Below are positions 1 through 14,290 of a stretch of 64,000 nt of DNA, one piece after another; the stretch's first letter is position 1, and every line of letters begins with the position of its first letter. A model generated the notes under the pieces. The model did not search any database and was not told the DNA's origin. It was given only the letters and a program-made list of their open reading frames with translations. A program made the translations under genes and the position numbers. The stretch covers positions 42,098,001 to 42,162,000 of the forward strand of contig CM114271.1 in NCBI GenBank assembly GCA_050084515.1, read 5' to 3'. Source of the stretch: Blasia pusilla (Eukaryota).

Positions 1-1
1 C

Positions 2-3000
2 CAGGAGAAGGGAAAGAAAGTAAGATTTGAAGGTGGTGGCAGGAACAGCCCTCAGCAGCACGAATTAGCAACAACTGAGACGTCACGGTTTTCATTTCAG
101 AAGGATAAGAATACGGGTGAGCTCCCAACGTTTGGCGAGCATCCACTTTCGATCCAGAAGGACCAGGGCGCTGTGCAGGAGAGCGAGGAGATACGACTGA
201 AGGGCAAGCTGAGGTGGTTGTTCGAACAGGACCGAATGTTTTGGGAGTCCAACGACATTAAAATTTCCCGTGAGGGCTCAGAAGTGTTCTCTCCCAAACC
301 AAAATGTCTACCGTTCGAGAACATTGTACGTGGGAGCAAAGCGCGCGAGTCCAAGAAGAGCAACGCCTCCAACGTCTCACAACAATCAGCAGCAGCGGCA
401 GCAGCAGCAGACCTCAGGAGGACTGCATCGTTCGAAAAGTTGGCCGTTGATCACAGGCTGGGAGAGTCCAGCCATGTCAAGGTGCCGGGAGAAGAAATGC
501 CGCAAGTGCATCCAACAAACAAGAGGTTTGTTTCCACTAACAAGCAGTGGGAGTCCAACCAAAACAAGGTCAGGGACTCGAGCCATGCGAACGTGCCGCG
601 AGGTGAAACTCCTGAATTCGATCCCTTGAAGAAGTTCTCCTCTTCCAACAAGAACAGGGAGCTGAAGAACGCGAAGATTTCGAGGGAGGGAGGCTCCAGC
701 ATCGATCAGTCGGTGGATTTGCACGTGAAAATTAACACAGCGAAGCTGCAAGACGATTTCTGTAGTGCCGATCAGTCGAAGAAGCCGCAGGCTTCCGTTA
801 AAGTTCACTGGGATTACAGCAAAACCAAAGTTCCAAAGGACGAAAGCGCAACACTCGTAGAAGTGACTGATCACGCAAGGAAGCTGCTTTCTATAACGTC
901 GCGGTCGGAGTCCAAGAATGCGAAACTGGCACCTGACACAAGCTTCCGATTTCAATTGAAATCCTCACCCGCACGTCCAGTTTATAAATTCCCCGACTTC
1001 CAACATGCTTCCGAGAATGACAGTCGTGACTTCCGCGGGAGGGAGACAGATATGTCTCAACTAGATCTTGGTGGGGAAGAATACTTCACCGACTACGAGG
1101 ACGCGCTGAATTCACGGCATTCGAGCGAGCTCTCGTTTTCTGGAGACAGCGATGATCAAGCGAAAGGTTACTCCACTCCCAGGGAATCGGAGAACGTGGA
1201 AGAGCTCAGGGAACAAGCGGCTTTTCTGAAAGCCAAATGCGATCTGCTTTCTAAAGAGAAGGACGTCGCAGTTCGCAAGTGGAAACGCGGCTGTGTCGAA
1301 ATTGACCAGGCAGCGCAGATGGCCCAAGCACTACGATCCTCAATAGAGACTCTTCTGGAGGTATGGGAAGTTCGCTCACAACACCGGATTTCATTTTTCT
1401 TCCGTCGGTCTGGTTGTCAACCATTCAATTTCTTTTTATAATATTTCTCGGAGCCTGACTGGACGTGACAACTGATTTCCATCTCGAGTCTCCGGGAAGA
1501 CAAGCAACGTCACCGTAAGTACTCGGTTGTACGATCACTATGCGTATGACCTGCTTGCTTATTGATCGAAACGGATAGTCAGGTCAGAATTGCGACCAAG
1601 TTCCAAGTTTTCAGGGAAAAAGTAATATTCATCTGAAAATTATGGGTGAGGGTCTCTTACATTGTCAAACGGCCATTGTAGATTTATAATTGCAATTCCA
1701 GATCTTAAGATGTCCTGGTTGTCGTCAGGAATCTCTCGAACCGAGGCCATTTTCCGAGAACATCGTTGTTTTGGATTTTGACTCTTGGATGCCGAGGTTC
1801 GGAAGAAATGCTCTCCTCAGAATGACTCTAAGATAGTGCTGTGTGGTCGATGGTCGTCTTGAGCAGGTCAGTGTTAAAGATCCAAATGCTGTTCTTAAAA
1901 CTAAACACACCAGTCTCGAGGAGCACACGCAAGCGCTTAAAGCGCGAATGGAGAAGTTACGCAAGAGAAATGAGGAAGGTGCCAGAAAGCATCTGGAGAC
2001 GGAAAAGCGGAGCAACTCCTTGCGAGGCCGCATCGACACCCTCAAGAGAACCACGGAAGCACGAGCTCTTGGTAGCCCCGAGATACCTCGATTTACGGAG
2101 CAGAACGTCGAGGATCTGAAGGCTCGGCTCGAGAGGTTGATGCTTGCAACTAATTCGCGGGTGAGCTCAAACGACGCTCCGCTTCCTCAGGTGAGGCTTC
2201 TAGAGATGGCGATAGATTGGATGGCATAGATGGAATCGGTTGCAGTGTTCCATTCAATCACATAATGCAGACAAACTTTCGTGGCCACCTTTCTTTCGTA
2301 CGAACGTACATGCCATTGTTTCGAATTGTCGCGTGAGAGCTTAAGATCCACCTGAAAATGCCAGATTGGACGAGTGTGACGCGCAATAGACAATACGTAT
2401 GCGTCTATCCAAATCAATGACAGGTCTAGTAATATTGGTTTCCATGGGATTGACTTCTTGTGTACTCGATATATGCACTCACTGTCTTGGTTTGCTTATC
2501 GGCATGCCCAAAATCATGTCATATGCAACTTTGTGCAGTGCTTTGCTGGAAAGTGTCCCTCTCGACTTTTTCTCTTTATTCATGTCTTGCCTGCAGCAAT
2601 CTTCCGCAGTGATTGGTTTGAATTGGTTGGTGTTGATTTCCCAATCTGAGACTTCGCAACCAATGTGAATGGGTGTGGATGGCGCTCAGGTGACAGACGA
2701 AAGTGACCACGTTCTTTCCAGGAGTAAGGAGAAGCTAAAGAAGGCTTCAAAGACGACACCACTTCATGAGGTAAGTGTCTTCAAAAAGAATTTGCAAATC
2801 GCTTCCGAAGTCCCAAGATTGAAGGGAAGTGTCATAGCATATCCAAACTTCGTCGTTCTCTTTGGTCGCCTCGTATGTGGCATATTGGCTCTGCTGCTTA
2901 AATGCCCATCCCAAGAACGAGTGGAACATTGTGATTGATCTTCGTGATTGATCTTCATGAATCCAAATTTTAAGTTTGACAGAACCTACTAATGTAATTG

Positions 3001-4978
3001 TAGCTTTCTTATGAGGCTATCCAATAGTGCAGTTGACAAGTAACAACCATAAGAGAAGGTGAGTGTGTAGGGTTTGTTTCAGATCAAACGTTGGCGTAGC
3101 TATCCAAACTCTGAAGAACACATGGAAAGAAAAATAATTGTATTTGCATAATGGTAAGGGCCAACCAGCACACCAAGCTCTTGACAATAAAGCTTTGGGA
3201 TCTTAAACTCTCTTACAGAAAGCAGAATTGAAGATGAAGAGCTGGTATAATTCGCTGTCAGCAGAGCTGACAGGGCAAGATGCAGTTCACATGAATGCCA
3301 GATTAGACAAGTGTGATTCATTCGAGAATGCGTGTACCCAAGAACCGAGTGGTGCTGCAACGCCAGCGACCTCCCAGGCAACCTCCAAACAGGTAGGGCG
3401 TGTCGAGAATTGCGATGGATTCAGGCTGAGTCCATGTGTTTTCTATTCAGCAAGATGCGTACCCTTTGAATTGCAATGATGTCTAATATGTCGAGAAATG
3501 ATGCTGCAATTTGGCTGAGAATTTTCTTAAAAAAGAATGATTACATACAACATCAAAACGATTCATTTAGAACTTAGTGACATGCAGTACCTGCTCGCCT
3601 ATGAGTTCTGGAACATACAAAGGTACTAGATTCAAGTTGATTCTTGAATGAGGGGGGTCATTCATAAGCCTGGGCGATGGAAGTCTGGGCATACGATATC
3701 GGGTCGTTGATATGCGATGCGCACCTTCATACGAAAAAACTAGCACTCACTGAATCTGGTGGGTCGACGCAGGTGAGCCCCTTGCATCCCATGCATCATG
3801 GAGAATGGTTGAAGGATCCGGGGAGTGCACATTCTTCAGAGGACACCAAGATGAAGGTGATCCACAAAATCGCTGAGGAAGTTAAGGCGGAGTCAGAACA
3901 GTGGTTCCAAGTGCAGGAGCTTCTACAACGTGTCGGAGAAGACATGAAAACCTTGCAAGAGGCTTGCAGTACATGGGAAAGACGTGCCATCCTTGCTGAA
4001 GCCCAGGTTGTCTCCATGCATCAGGAGGTGGGTGAGCAAGCACATCCTCCCAACAAAATCATCTCAAATCTCCTATGGTGAACGAATCATGTGTATTCTC
4101 TATTTGGAGTTTGGTACTACATCGATTATAAATCTGCTTGACTCCTTGTGAGCATAGTGTTTGCTAAATCTTGCATGCCCAAGTAACCCCACTGCGTTTC
4201 ACAAGTCACTAACCTTCCGATGTCACTTGGCATTTTACCATCATTTTGGACACAGGAGCAGAGAAAGAAGGAGAGACTACAAATCGGCGATCAGAAGATT
4301 GCAGAGCTGCAAAGTGAAATCTTGAGGCTTAGAGACATCGTCGACGACGTACGAAAACAATTGGCAGCCCTTGATCCATGTAGGTGGTTTGAAACTCCCA
4401 ACAAGTTTGGCTACTATGCCTTGGTTCCCGTGGCTAGACCCTCTTCCCCTAGGAAATGCTCATGTGAAGCCAAATGCCAGTCTAGTCGTGATGGTGACTG
4501 CAAAACCACGAACGCAAAGGTAGAGAAGCATAATGGTGACGATGTGGACGAACGCGGACAATCCAGCTCCTATTCTTCTCCAAATATGAGTACCAAACGA
4601 GACTCCAAACTCCCCAGCCAGCAGTGGGCGGCAGAGATTGCACAAGCTGAAGAAGATGAAATCTTGCAGGGTAAGATGGGACAACATCCGCCGCATCTTT
4701 CAAGGTTGGAATTTTCGCAAGAGCACGAACGACCTGGGAGTGGAAAACAGGACAATGGCTCGAGGTCTGGAGCTAATAAAGAAGGATTGAAGGGCAGTGC
4801 ATCCTTTGGATCTCACCAACAGTTGAGTGTTGAAATGCAAGCTGTTAGAGAACGATTCCTCTCTCAAGAAGATCTCTCGAGGTGCTACGACTTGAACCTT
4901 GCCGTGGCTCGCTCACCACTCAAGAGTGTTCTGGGGAACATAGCTGCTTTGTCTAAGGAGAATCAGAGGCCTTTTTGA
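2..4978 (+). CDS. Multi-exon gene for a long low-complexity/coiled-coil protein; 5' end lies outside the window. Predicted exons: <2-1360, 1867-2190, 2690-2770, 3219-3392, 3773-4027, 4256-4978
   Basis: The frame is open from position 2 to 1360. GT donors at 1361, 2191, 2771, 3393 and 4028 and CAG acceptors ending at 1866, 2689, 3218, 3772 and 4255 join the + ORFs, all in phase 0, to TGA at 4976-4978. Heptad-like segments include LREQAAFLKAKCDLL and KIAEEVKAESEQWFQVQELLQRVGEDMKTLQ. Confidence 0.8.
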
Positions 4979-7900
4979 AGCTTCTACGGTTTCTCCTCTG
5001 CACGACTTTTACGTCTTCTCCACAACTTCCCATGCAGTCGACCTTCGGCATTTCTTCTTTCGTTCCGCTTTGATTCGCGAGCATATTTTTTCGTAGATTT
5101 GTCGCCATAGCAGTTCTTACCAGTTTCTGGAGAGACAAACCCAGTCAGGCTCGTGTTGGGATTTCGAACTCTTTGTACACTACATTCTTTGTATAGAAAT
5201 TTCATTACATGGTTCAGCGTCCGACCTCATTGGCATTCACTCCCAGCCGCACTAAAGTTTGTAGATGAGTGTGCTCGCAGGGTCAATATATAAAGTTTGT
5301 CAATGAGTGCAAGCATCTGCGATAGAGAGTGAGTACGGGGTTAAGTGTGGCAAGTGTGGAGCTCGTCCTCCGCTCGTTTCCCTCACCGCAAGATCTGTTG
5401 GATGTGGACGCTCAATCTCGTGTAACGAACAAAGCCCGTGATGTGGATCCACGTCTATACTCTTACGGGAGGAAGGTGTTGAAATGCGGAGTCGATTTAA
5501 CCATTCATCAGGCACTATGAAATGTGCTTATTTTTTAACATGGGACAAAGGAGGACAAATGGAGACTCGGAGAGGAGTAGTGGCACGCAAGAAAACCCTA
5601 ATAGTTAGGTAATGTCATTTCTTGCTTGGCCACGAGTGTTTCCTTGCACTAGTAAATTGCTTGGACTGGATTTTCCCCCGCAAAATCTAGATGAAGTGAC
5701 TCCTCGTCCCTTCACTTCATTTGGTAATCAAGTTTATGCTTTGTTCTAAATTATGAGTCACGTCCAAAAACATGTCCCTGGTAACTTATGACCCTCTACA
5801 TCCTCTAGTCTATATTAGTTTATTACAACGTGAATTCCTCCGAGCAAGGTTTGAGCACATCCACATAACATTTGTGGTTCAAACCCTTTTCTAACATGAG
5901 CCATTTCCATGCGTTAGTTCCACGGTAAATGGACAGACATAGTTTCTTAAAAGTGATGAATAGAAACCCAAATCAAGATGATTTGAATTGCTTTAGGGCT
6001 CCACAGTTGTATTTGTATGACCCAATATAGTGAACATTTTTTCTAATGTTAGTTTTCTTAAGTCAAATACATACTTTTTTCTTAAATGAAGTTAGGATGA
6101 TAGTTGCAACAGGTCTTATGGGTAAAGGTCGTCCTTACCAAGGCTAGTGAATGTGAAGTCGACTTTTCACTATGACGTCAACGAATGCCACGTGTACTCC
6201 GCTCTCTTGAAAAGCTTCCGAAAGGCATGGACTTAGTGAACTTCAAAGTTACTATTGAAAGTTACATACAATATTACAAGTTGAAATAACAAGCAAATTT
6301 TTTCAAAATTTAGTATATAAAAAATCCTTCCATACTGCATGGGAGAATTGCAATCTAAATTTTCACGCGGGATTAATTAGTATGGAGTAAGATGAAAGTT
6401 TTTATGGATGAATGTGTATACTAATGGGATGATGCAATTTTGACATGTACCACTAAACTTCTCTCAAAATTGTTAAAGAGAGTGGAGTTAATCATCACGG
6501 TCCCATACGGTTCTAATTAGTTTCGATTGAAATGGAATTCTCAAGTAAATATACTAATTCATGGTTTGGCACATGAGGGCGTAGATATTGTATGTTTTCG
6601 GGGGTGTTGCGAGGATAGTTATTGGTCAAAAGGACCAAGATCTAAGTTTGACATAGCACAACAATAATTGTTAGAGTACCATAAATACCTCTCTAATTCT
6701 CCGGGAATTAGGAATTTTTCAAAAAAAATAAATTTCCGCTGTCATTAGAATTTATCATGTATGTTTTCCATCATGAGAGTTTTTCGAACTTAACCCCTAA
6801 ATGCCCAACCCTCCAAAAAGAAATTTCCTCTGGGTTTGAGGAGGGAACGTCCTTATCTTATGAACCTACCGCGTTCTTTTAATCTTTGAACCAAAAATCT
6901 CCATATTATGTCTCCACGAAAAAAATTTTTTTATAAAATTGCATTTCCAAGTGTGATCATACATCTAGACCTGAAAATTTGGAGGAGGCATGGATTCAGA
7001 AAGACGCTTCCAATTAAGAAGAAATTGAAGGGTGAATCTAGACCCTCCTCTTTGGGTCCTTCCTACCCCGTCGAGGCTCAAATTTCCCATTCTGGATTCA
7101 AAATAGAGAAAAAACCATGGATGGAAAAAGCTCATGGAAAAAAGATGTCAATTGATGAGAGAAAACTTTAGAAGATAAAAATGAGGGAAAAGGGAGCTCA
7201 AAGTTTCCTAAAGCGTCGAGCATGATGAACTTCCCTATGAAAATATGAAAGGTTCAATATTCAATATATCTTCGTATCTTATGGGACGAAAAAATTATTA
7301 AAAAGGATACAAGATGTTCAAAATTAATTTATACCATCTTGAATTTTCCAACTCCTTCAATGTTCTACACTAGAATAAGAAGTTAACGAATAAATTACAT
7401 TTCAATTTTGGGAGGAAATTTTCAACAAAAAATTGTTTCATGAAAGTTTTATTTCATGAGGGCTGAGGATTATCTCTCGAGGCCTTCGCCTGGCGAGTAG
7501 GAGTTGACTCCGGATGAGCTTAAAGTTCTTCACACTCCCGGACGAAAACAAGCAAACTCAGGAAGACTTCAAATTCCTGGTTCGCAGAATTGAGCAATAT
7601 CTGATAATAGGGTTGTCAATTTACAGGCTATCCGGAATCGTCCGTGTTCGGGGGCCGGCCCGGAAAGCCATCGGGTTACTCCCGGAATAGAAGGAGGGCG
7701 GAAGATTTGCGCTAGCCCGTGTAGTCGATGAATGTCAGCTGCGAGCCTTAATTTTACGGAGAACTGAAAGCGGGCAAGAATCACTCAAAAGAAGCGCCAA
7801 AACGGGTAGCTCCCGTTTGGGATCCAGCGAGTCCCGGGATAGAGGGATCCGGGGATCCCTAAAGCCCGGATAGCGGGTATTATGACCACCCTAATATCTG

Positions 7901-9689
7901 CGTATTCTCCGTCGCCATGTCACTTACCATGTCTCATCCGAAACGCGTTGAGTACGAAAACTCCCGCTGATTCGCCAGACCGGAGAGGTCAGGACATTTT
8001 GCCATCACCGGGAAAGCAAAGCAACAGAGGGACGACATGCTATAGGTCCAAGTGCATGAATTTTAAAGGACACGATGGTCGGTGTGGAGCCAAGAGCAAT
8101 CTGCGTGAGTAGCCAAATACAGTGCAAGAGTGGAGACATGATGAGGCCTCTTGGACTCCGTTCTCTTGGGTGAAGATTTCGATACTCAGGACACAAACAA
8201 TGAACATTGATTTTGGACCAAGTCATCTCCTTAGTCCCGAAGGAAGGATAGTCCAATAACTGCTCTGCAGTCTTGGACTATCGTGAGGGCGAGGGCAAGC
8301 CCAAGCGCGTGGACTTGCTATTCCTTCATGGAGAAAGTGTTTGAGTCAGACAGAGAAAGAGCGAGAAGATAATCTGAAGATTATCAGCATTATTGGACGA
8401 AGTGCATGGTCAGCCTGAAAGGACTCAAGGGCGAGGAAGCGAAGGCCTTGAGAGATGATGAGGCGCCTCGCTCGTGGATATCGGAAGGATCACGGTTTGG
8501 TGAAAGCGGTACTAAACTTAAGTAAAGGGCTAGGGGGCCAGCGGGGGCTACGATAAGAGTGGGATGACCGATCGCTTTGATGAAAGCAGTAGTAAATTCT
8601 CGAGGATGGTCGCTGACAAACGAAAAGGAAGCTTCGCATTCCATGCTGTACCAGTATACCCCAGATTCCACAATGTAACCATATCTGGTATCTGGGGAAC
8701 TTGGGGATCTCGACCGGTCGAACCCCCTCCTTTCTATCCCGATGGGGTTTCCATCCAAGTTTCTATTTCTGGGGGACTCGGGAGTGAATCGGACGGGATG
8801 CACAAGCTAATAAATACTCTCCTTCAAAAAGATGACAGATCTCTGATCAACGGATCCTCGGTGGGTCCTCCAAGATTGATCAGATCGAACCGGTAACCAT
8901 AAAACCCATCCCTTAGGGTGCTGATTGTAGCTTCTGCAGAAGCTACTAGAATTTCAATGCAAGGAAAGGTAACAGCTCCCACGAGAGGCACAAGATGTGA
9001 GTACAGTGTCAGGTAGCGAGCGTACACCAAATATGCAATACGATGGCGCTCTACATATCAGCCTCGCTACTTGGGTAAACCATGTTTTGCGGCATGGGTT
9101 AACCGAGTAAGATTTCAATCGAGGCCAAACACTTTATTCAAGAAAAGAAAAACCAGCATAATAGAACGGGATAGGAAAATCTATCAGAAGTATAGGAAGG
9201 AGGTATTCGTAGAGTTGAGGAACTCCGGCCACAATCGGCCGGGGAGAAGGAAAGGTGGAAACCCCCTCATCGAAGGAGAGATAAGGTTTTGTTTTGTCCA
9301 TGAAAGCTGCCCTCCGAATTATCTAGTTGTGATTTTGCCTCACCGTGTCCTATTCAGAGGACGAATACATGCGGACATGACCTCAAAGTCTCACAAGAGA
9401 AACCTGCAAGTCTAAGACATAACAACAAAATTGCTTTCGATCACCTACATCAAACAAAAGTCATAAAAAATTATTCATGTGAAATAAACATACTTTTCTT
9501 AATTCCTCTACCGAAAATCTCTCACAAGTTGAGCATGCTTTCAATGGGTGGCAATTTTTTATGAAATTTTCCACCCATAATCCTCCACTAATTAAACACA
9601 TCTCAAAATCCCTTGGAACACTAATCTCATATAAGCTAAGTACACCCTAAAGAATTGCATTGAAACGTCACACAATAGGAGGATGTAGT

Positions 9690-11950
9690 TTGTATGAATG
9701 TGCTCCCTTCATAGGGGGGCCAATGTGGCAATTGTAGTAGCACCTACTATCCGCATGGAGGAGACACTTGAAGGAGTTGTCTACCCAAGTGCTAGGACTA
9801 AGACCAACTTAGTACCACATATATTGAACCCCTTGGTTCAGTTCTTCCAAGAGTTGGAGAGGAGCTACCATGGGATGAGAACTAACAAGATCAAATCGAT
9901 TCATGAATTTCAGAAAAGATCGGGAGAGAATCTATGGAGGTATATGCACATCTTCAATGGTTGATCACAACTACTAAGGATGTGATAGAGGCATAGGCGG
10001 TTCAATTTTGGTATTAAACCCCTTCAAGAATAAACCGTGGACTACAAAGGAGAGTGTGGGATGCAACTCTTTTACATGAATCATGACGGTTCATCTATCT
10101 AGTTTGAATTTATGTTGCCAAACCATACTGAGAGAGTGTTGTTGGCAAACACATCATCTTTGAGGGAGATAACACAAGTAACAATGTCTCCATCGGTGGT
10201 ACAAGGCATTGCTCTTATGTTAGGAAGCATGGCTTAGGTTTTCCTTGTTGGACGTGTGGAGGATCACATCATCCACGAGATTTTCGACAATAGAGTGAAG
10301 TGCATGCAGTACTCTTGTTGAATATGAGGTGTGCCATGGTAAGGTACCCTTACCTCAAGATGATGATAGCCAGAGATATGGCCATAAACATGAGAGATAT
10401 TTTCATCTCCGTCCATGAGTTGCACCAAGATGGAGGGCGAGGATTTGGAGTCAGACTCAGGTAGTAGAGGAGGAGGTGTAGGAGGTTGAGGACTTGGTGG
10501 AGGTAGAGCCGCACCACTTTCTAGAGCGAGTGGAGGACTCATATTTGAGGCAACTACAATAAGGATTGCTAAATTGGAGCAACGCATTGAGGCTATGACA
10601 ATCCAATAAGCATCTACATGACGTGGAAGAGGCCCATCAACTTTGAGATATTCCCATGCCTAGGATAATGTAGGAGATCTAGGAGATATGGGATTTCTTA
10701 GCAACACTATATAGGCGGATGCAAATGCACTGGTTACAAGAGGCATAATGAGGGATTTTAAGCTACTAGGATAAAATGTGGAGTTGAATCCCTAGAGAGG
10801 GGAAGGTGGCAAGCACGCCAAACCTTCTCAGTTATTTATATTATCAAAGGCTCTTATTGGACCCCAACGATGGTCTCTAGACATTCTTTGAGGAGTATTG
10901 TTGTCATAGATATTGATACATTGAGAAGAGCGGGTGAGTAACGTATGTCTACCATAGGTATGCTACATTTGACATGGCCTCCCACTAGCACATTATAAGA
11001 GGGGACAATGCCTTTGTGTAGAGTCCCACTATTTTTGCCGAGGGACTTCATGATATCTGAAGCTAGGTCGACCATCCAAGATATTTTGATTAGCAGCTAC
11101 ATTCTATGAGAGCAATGGTTTTGGGTCTTCTTATGCAAGGATTTGCACAAGAAATGTGGCGAACATAGTACTAGTCTGACATATCCTTAAAGCACGTGGT
11201 TGATACAAGGCCAAGTGAAAGTTGGCATGGAGTAGCGGCAAGAGTGGTGGAGTTGGTAGCTAGACCAGGGATAGAGTGAGTAGTTGTTCCACAAGTAGTT
11301 GTTGTGTTGGACAACCGAGATGGAGTATTCCTAAGGGTTGGTCCGTTTGGAGTTGTGTATCAACGGCAAGTTGTTCCTCTTGAGTTAGGGGCACAACCCC
11401 TTATGTTGGGAAAGGCGGCATGTTTAGCGATGGGGTTGCAAAAGTATTAGATCATTCCATGTCCATTCATTATTCAAAATTCATTGGGAGAGATTTCCCC
11501 AAAAAAATATGTGACTCGTGAGGAGATTATAGCGAGCCAACGATCCTATAGATAGTGCAATGGTGGAAACATGAGCATTGGTGAAGCCAACCGAGTGCTA
11601 CAATATGATGGTAGGGGCTATAAATATATATTATCCCCTATGATTTATACTAGAATTTTGGGGGGAGATAGCCTCCCATCGACCAGGTTGGCAGTCGGAT
11701 GAGGGATGAAGTAGACAACTACGTGTGCAATATGCAAGGAGACTTGATGGTTCACTCCAAGGATCGTCCACAACTTATTGCGAAGCACAATGTTTTCCCA
11801 AAGATTGATTAGAGGGGAACACCCATATAGAGGATACTCATGTGGAGGATACTTCTGAGGAGTAGCATGCAATGACAAGAATAGCAACACCTATTGGCAA
11901 CACTTCTTTAGCTTTGTGGGAGACAAGCATTAATATGTATAGGAGTGTAG
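9690..11950 (+). mobile_element. Highly decayed Ty3/Gypsy gag(-protease) remnant
   Basis: Retrotransposon-gag-like stretch FFQELERSY...KIKSIHEFQKRSGENLWRY...AVQFWY (9840-10015) and a zinc-knuckle-like CWTCGGSH near 10245; many stops and frameshifts. Confidence 0.5.
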
Positions 11951-12402
11951 ACAAGATTGCAAGGAAGGAATGGAGCTAAGCCTATGCTCTAGAGTAAGAT
12001 GGGACAGAGTTACTTTGTGCTCTAGGAGTGGAGATGTTGACATCCTTAAACACAACATTGATTGTGTGGTAGTATCCCAATGAGGATGTATATATACTAG
12101 ATCTCTTTGGAGGGATTAGTACTACTTTGGTTGCAATGTTGCAAGCCATAGTGTGAGTACAATAGTACTTGAATGTTGATAGGGATGAGACTACAGGTAG
12201 CGTCTCATTACATCATGTGATGAGACTAGTCTCATATTATCCTCATTTCTTGTCAGTAGTTGCAGTTAGGGGATATTAGCATGTATTTTCAGCCGATATT
12301 TAGTTGTTGGGGGCACAATATCTAGAAAGGGTTGATTTGATTCATTTTTTGGTCGAAGGATGACCATGTTATATGCCTGCTTCCTTGACCTTTAGTCTTG
12401 TA

Positions 12403-13313
12403 TGTCGTGGAAGCTTGTGTTCAACAACTTACGCTCTCCTTATTCATGTGCAGCCAAACACACTCACATTAGCCATGGTTTGGATCATCTAGCCTTGCAT
12501 CTCTTGAGTCTTGGTCTCAAGCAACCCTTCAAGATCAACTGATCTAGATGGGGTCAGATATCAACCTTATCCCTCACTATCCAAGAACGGCAAGTCCTTC
12601 AAGACTTGGGAAAAACTTCCTTCATAGTGATTGTCTAGGAGCCTAAAATGGTGCTAGCATCCCTGATGATCCTAATTACAAAATATATCTTGAATGAGTC
12701 TCTAACTAAGACTAGATATCTAAGTCACAAAGCAAGATCCAAGGTTGGTATCCATAACTAGCCCACCTAGACTTGGCTTGGTGTCCAAACCCTTAGAACT
12801 AATCTTTCAATCCATCTTGTGCCCCTAGTTCACCCCCATGGTTCCTAAGGTATGGTTCAAGTTCCAAACACCTTTAGAGACCCTCCCCCCTTTTATATAG
12901 TTCTAGAGATCCCCACTCCTTCCCTACATTTAGGAAAGTCCGCTTGGGCCACTCTTTGTGACTCTTAACCCAACTATCATTCTGATAGCTTAGGGATGGT
13001 TTATAAATCTTCACTTATGAATTTTTCTATATTTTTAGTGCATTATAATTTTCTTCTCACAAGATTTTTAATGCCAATTATTCATCCTACCCCTTAATAG
13101 GCCTACCCCTTGACATTGAATTGTGTTCCAATAGCTAACCCGCTATTCCTTGTTTGGCTTACGTCTTAGTTTGTCGCATTCAACATAGTGACTTAGAAAC
13201 ATTTAGCTTCTTGTTCTTACTTAACCCTAGATCAACTTCCTTAAGCTAACCTAAGCTATCCAAATAAACTAACTAACTAAGCATGCTATCTAAGACTTCA
13301 CTTGCTCACAACA
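12403..13313 (-). mobile_element. Diverged LTR of family A, possibly the 3' LTR of the adjacent chromovirus
   Basis: Starts TGTCGTG; 12580-12900 aligns by eye with 28020-28330 (acggcaagtccttcaagacttgg; ggagcctaaaatgg). A TATA-like CTATATAAAAGGGG lies on the minus strand near 12890. The right boundary is uncertain. Confidence 0.5.
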
Positions 13314-13779
13314 CGTAAACATCCCACCTATTTACAAGGTCCACAAGATATACTATTTTTGGATTTCTATTGAATTTGACTTCGGTGGGTCAATAAGTTT
13401 ACTTATGACTTCACAAGTAAGATCAATGTGCTAAATCTCCAAGATAGAGTAACCGACCTTGTCGACACTAGGGCGAGCCCAAGTGTTGATCTTTCAACAC
13501 TCAATCCTATTCTAGGTGTTTGTCCAAATCCAATGGCTCTCCTCAAATATTCCTTGCATCTCCTCTTGACATAGATCCTAAGCACATGCAAACCTAATTA
13601 TTGCTATGTACTAACAAAAAAAAATTCTCATCTTCCACTTATGCATGGAATCTCCAAACCCATGTTGAGATCATTTTATTGCATAAATAGCACATTCTAT
13701 TTGCAACGTCTTTTGAACCCAAGATTCTAATTGTCATAAGTCCTATTCCTAGCATCTCTATGTACTAACGCATATGATT

Positions 13780-14290
13780 TCGTTGCATTTTTTAAAAGTT
13801 CTGTAACACCTCCTACGCCTGTTCCAAATTTCCATTTGCAATCCAAATTTCCTCCTTCATATGGTAGCCTTTCCACTTGATGAAGTACTTGTACTTTTTG
13901 GCCCTATATCTTGAATGCAAGATGGTCTCCACCTCAAACTGAGGTTCATCTTGGATGACCACCGGTTACAGTCTCAACATTTGCATTTGCTCAAGATGCG
14001 CATTCTCTTTGAAGAAATTCTTCAACAATAATATATGGAAGGTCAGATGGATCTTTCGCTCTTTTGGTAGCTCCAATGTATAAACATCCTCAAATAGGTT
14101 GGTATTAATCATAGATGGTTTGACATATTTGGCAGAAAACTTTGAAGACAACTCCTTTGAGAGAGTTAGATTCTTGACACTTAACCATACCTGCTCCAAC
14201 TTGGAATCTCACTTAGCACTGAATTTTTTTTGCTTGCTTCACCTACCTTAGGTGAGCCTTCATGAGACTCTCTTGCCCATTTTTCATGTT
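13780..14290 (-). mobile_element. Gypsy chromovirus integrase C-terminus plus chromodomain (degenerate)
   Basis: EQVWLSVKNL...KFSAKYVKP...VYTLELP...IHLTFHILLLK (GPF/Y-module-like), followed by EPQFEVETILHSR...KYFIKWKGY (chromodomain-like). Confidence 0.75.

Noticed and set aside
386-955. 189-aa minus-strand ORF
   Set aside because: Antisense shadow of exon 1 of the coiled-coil gene.
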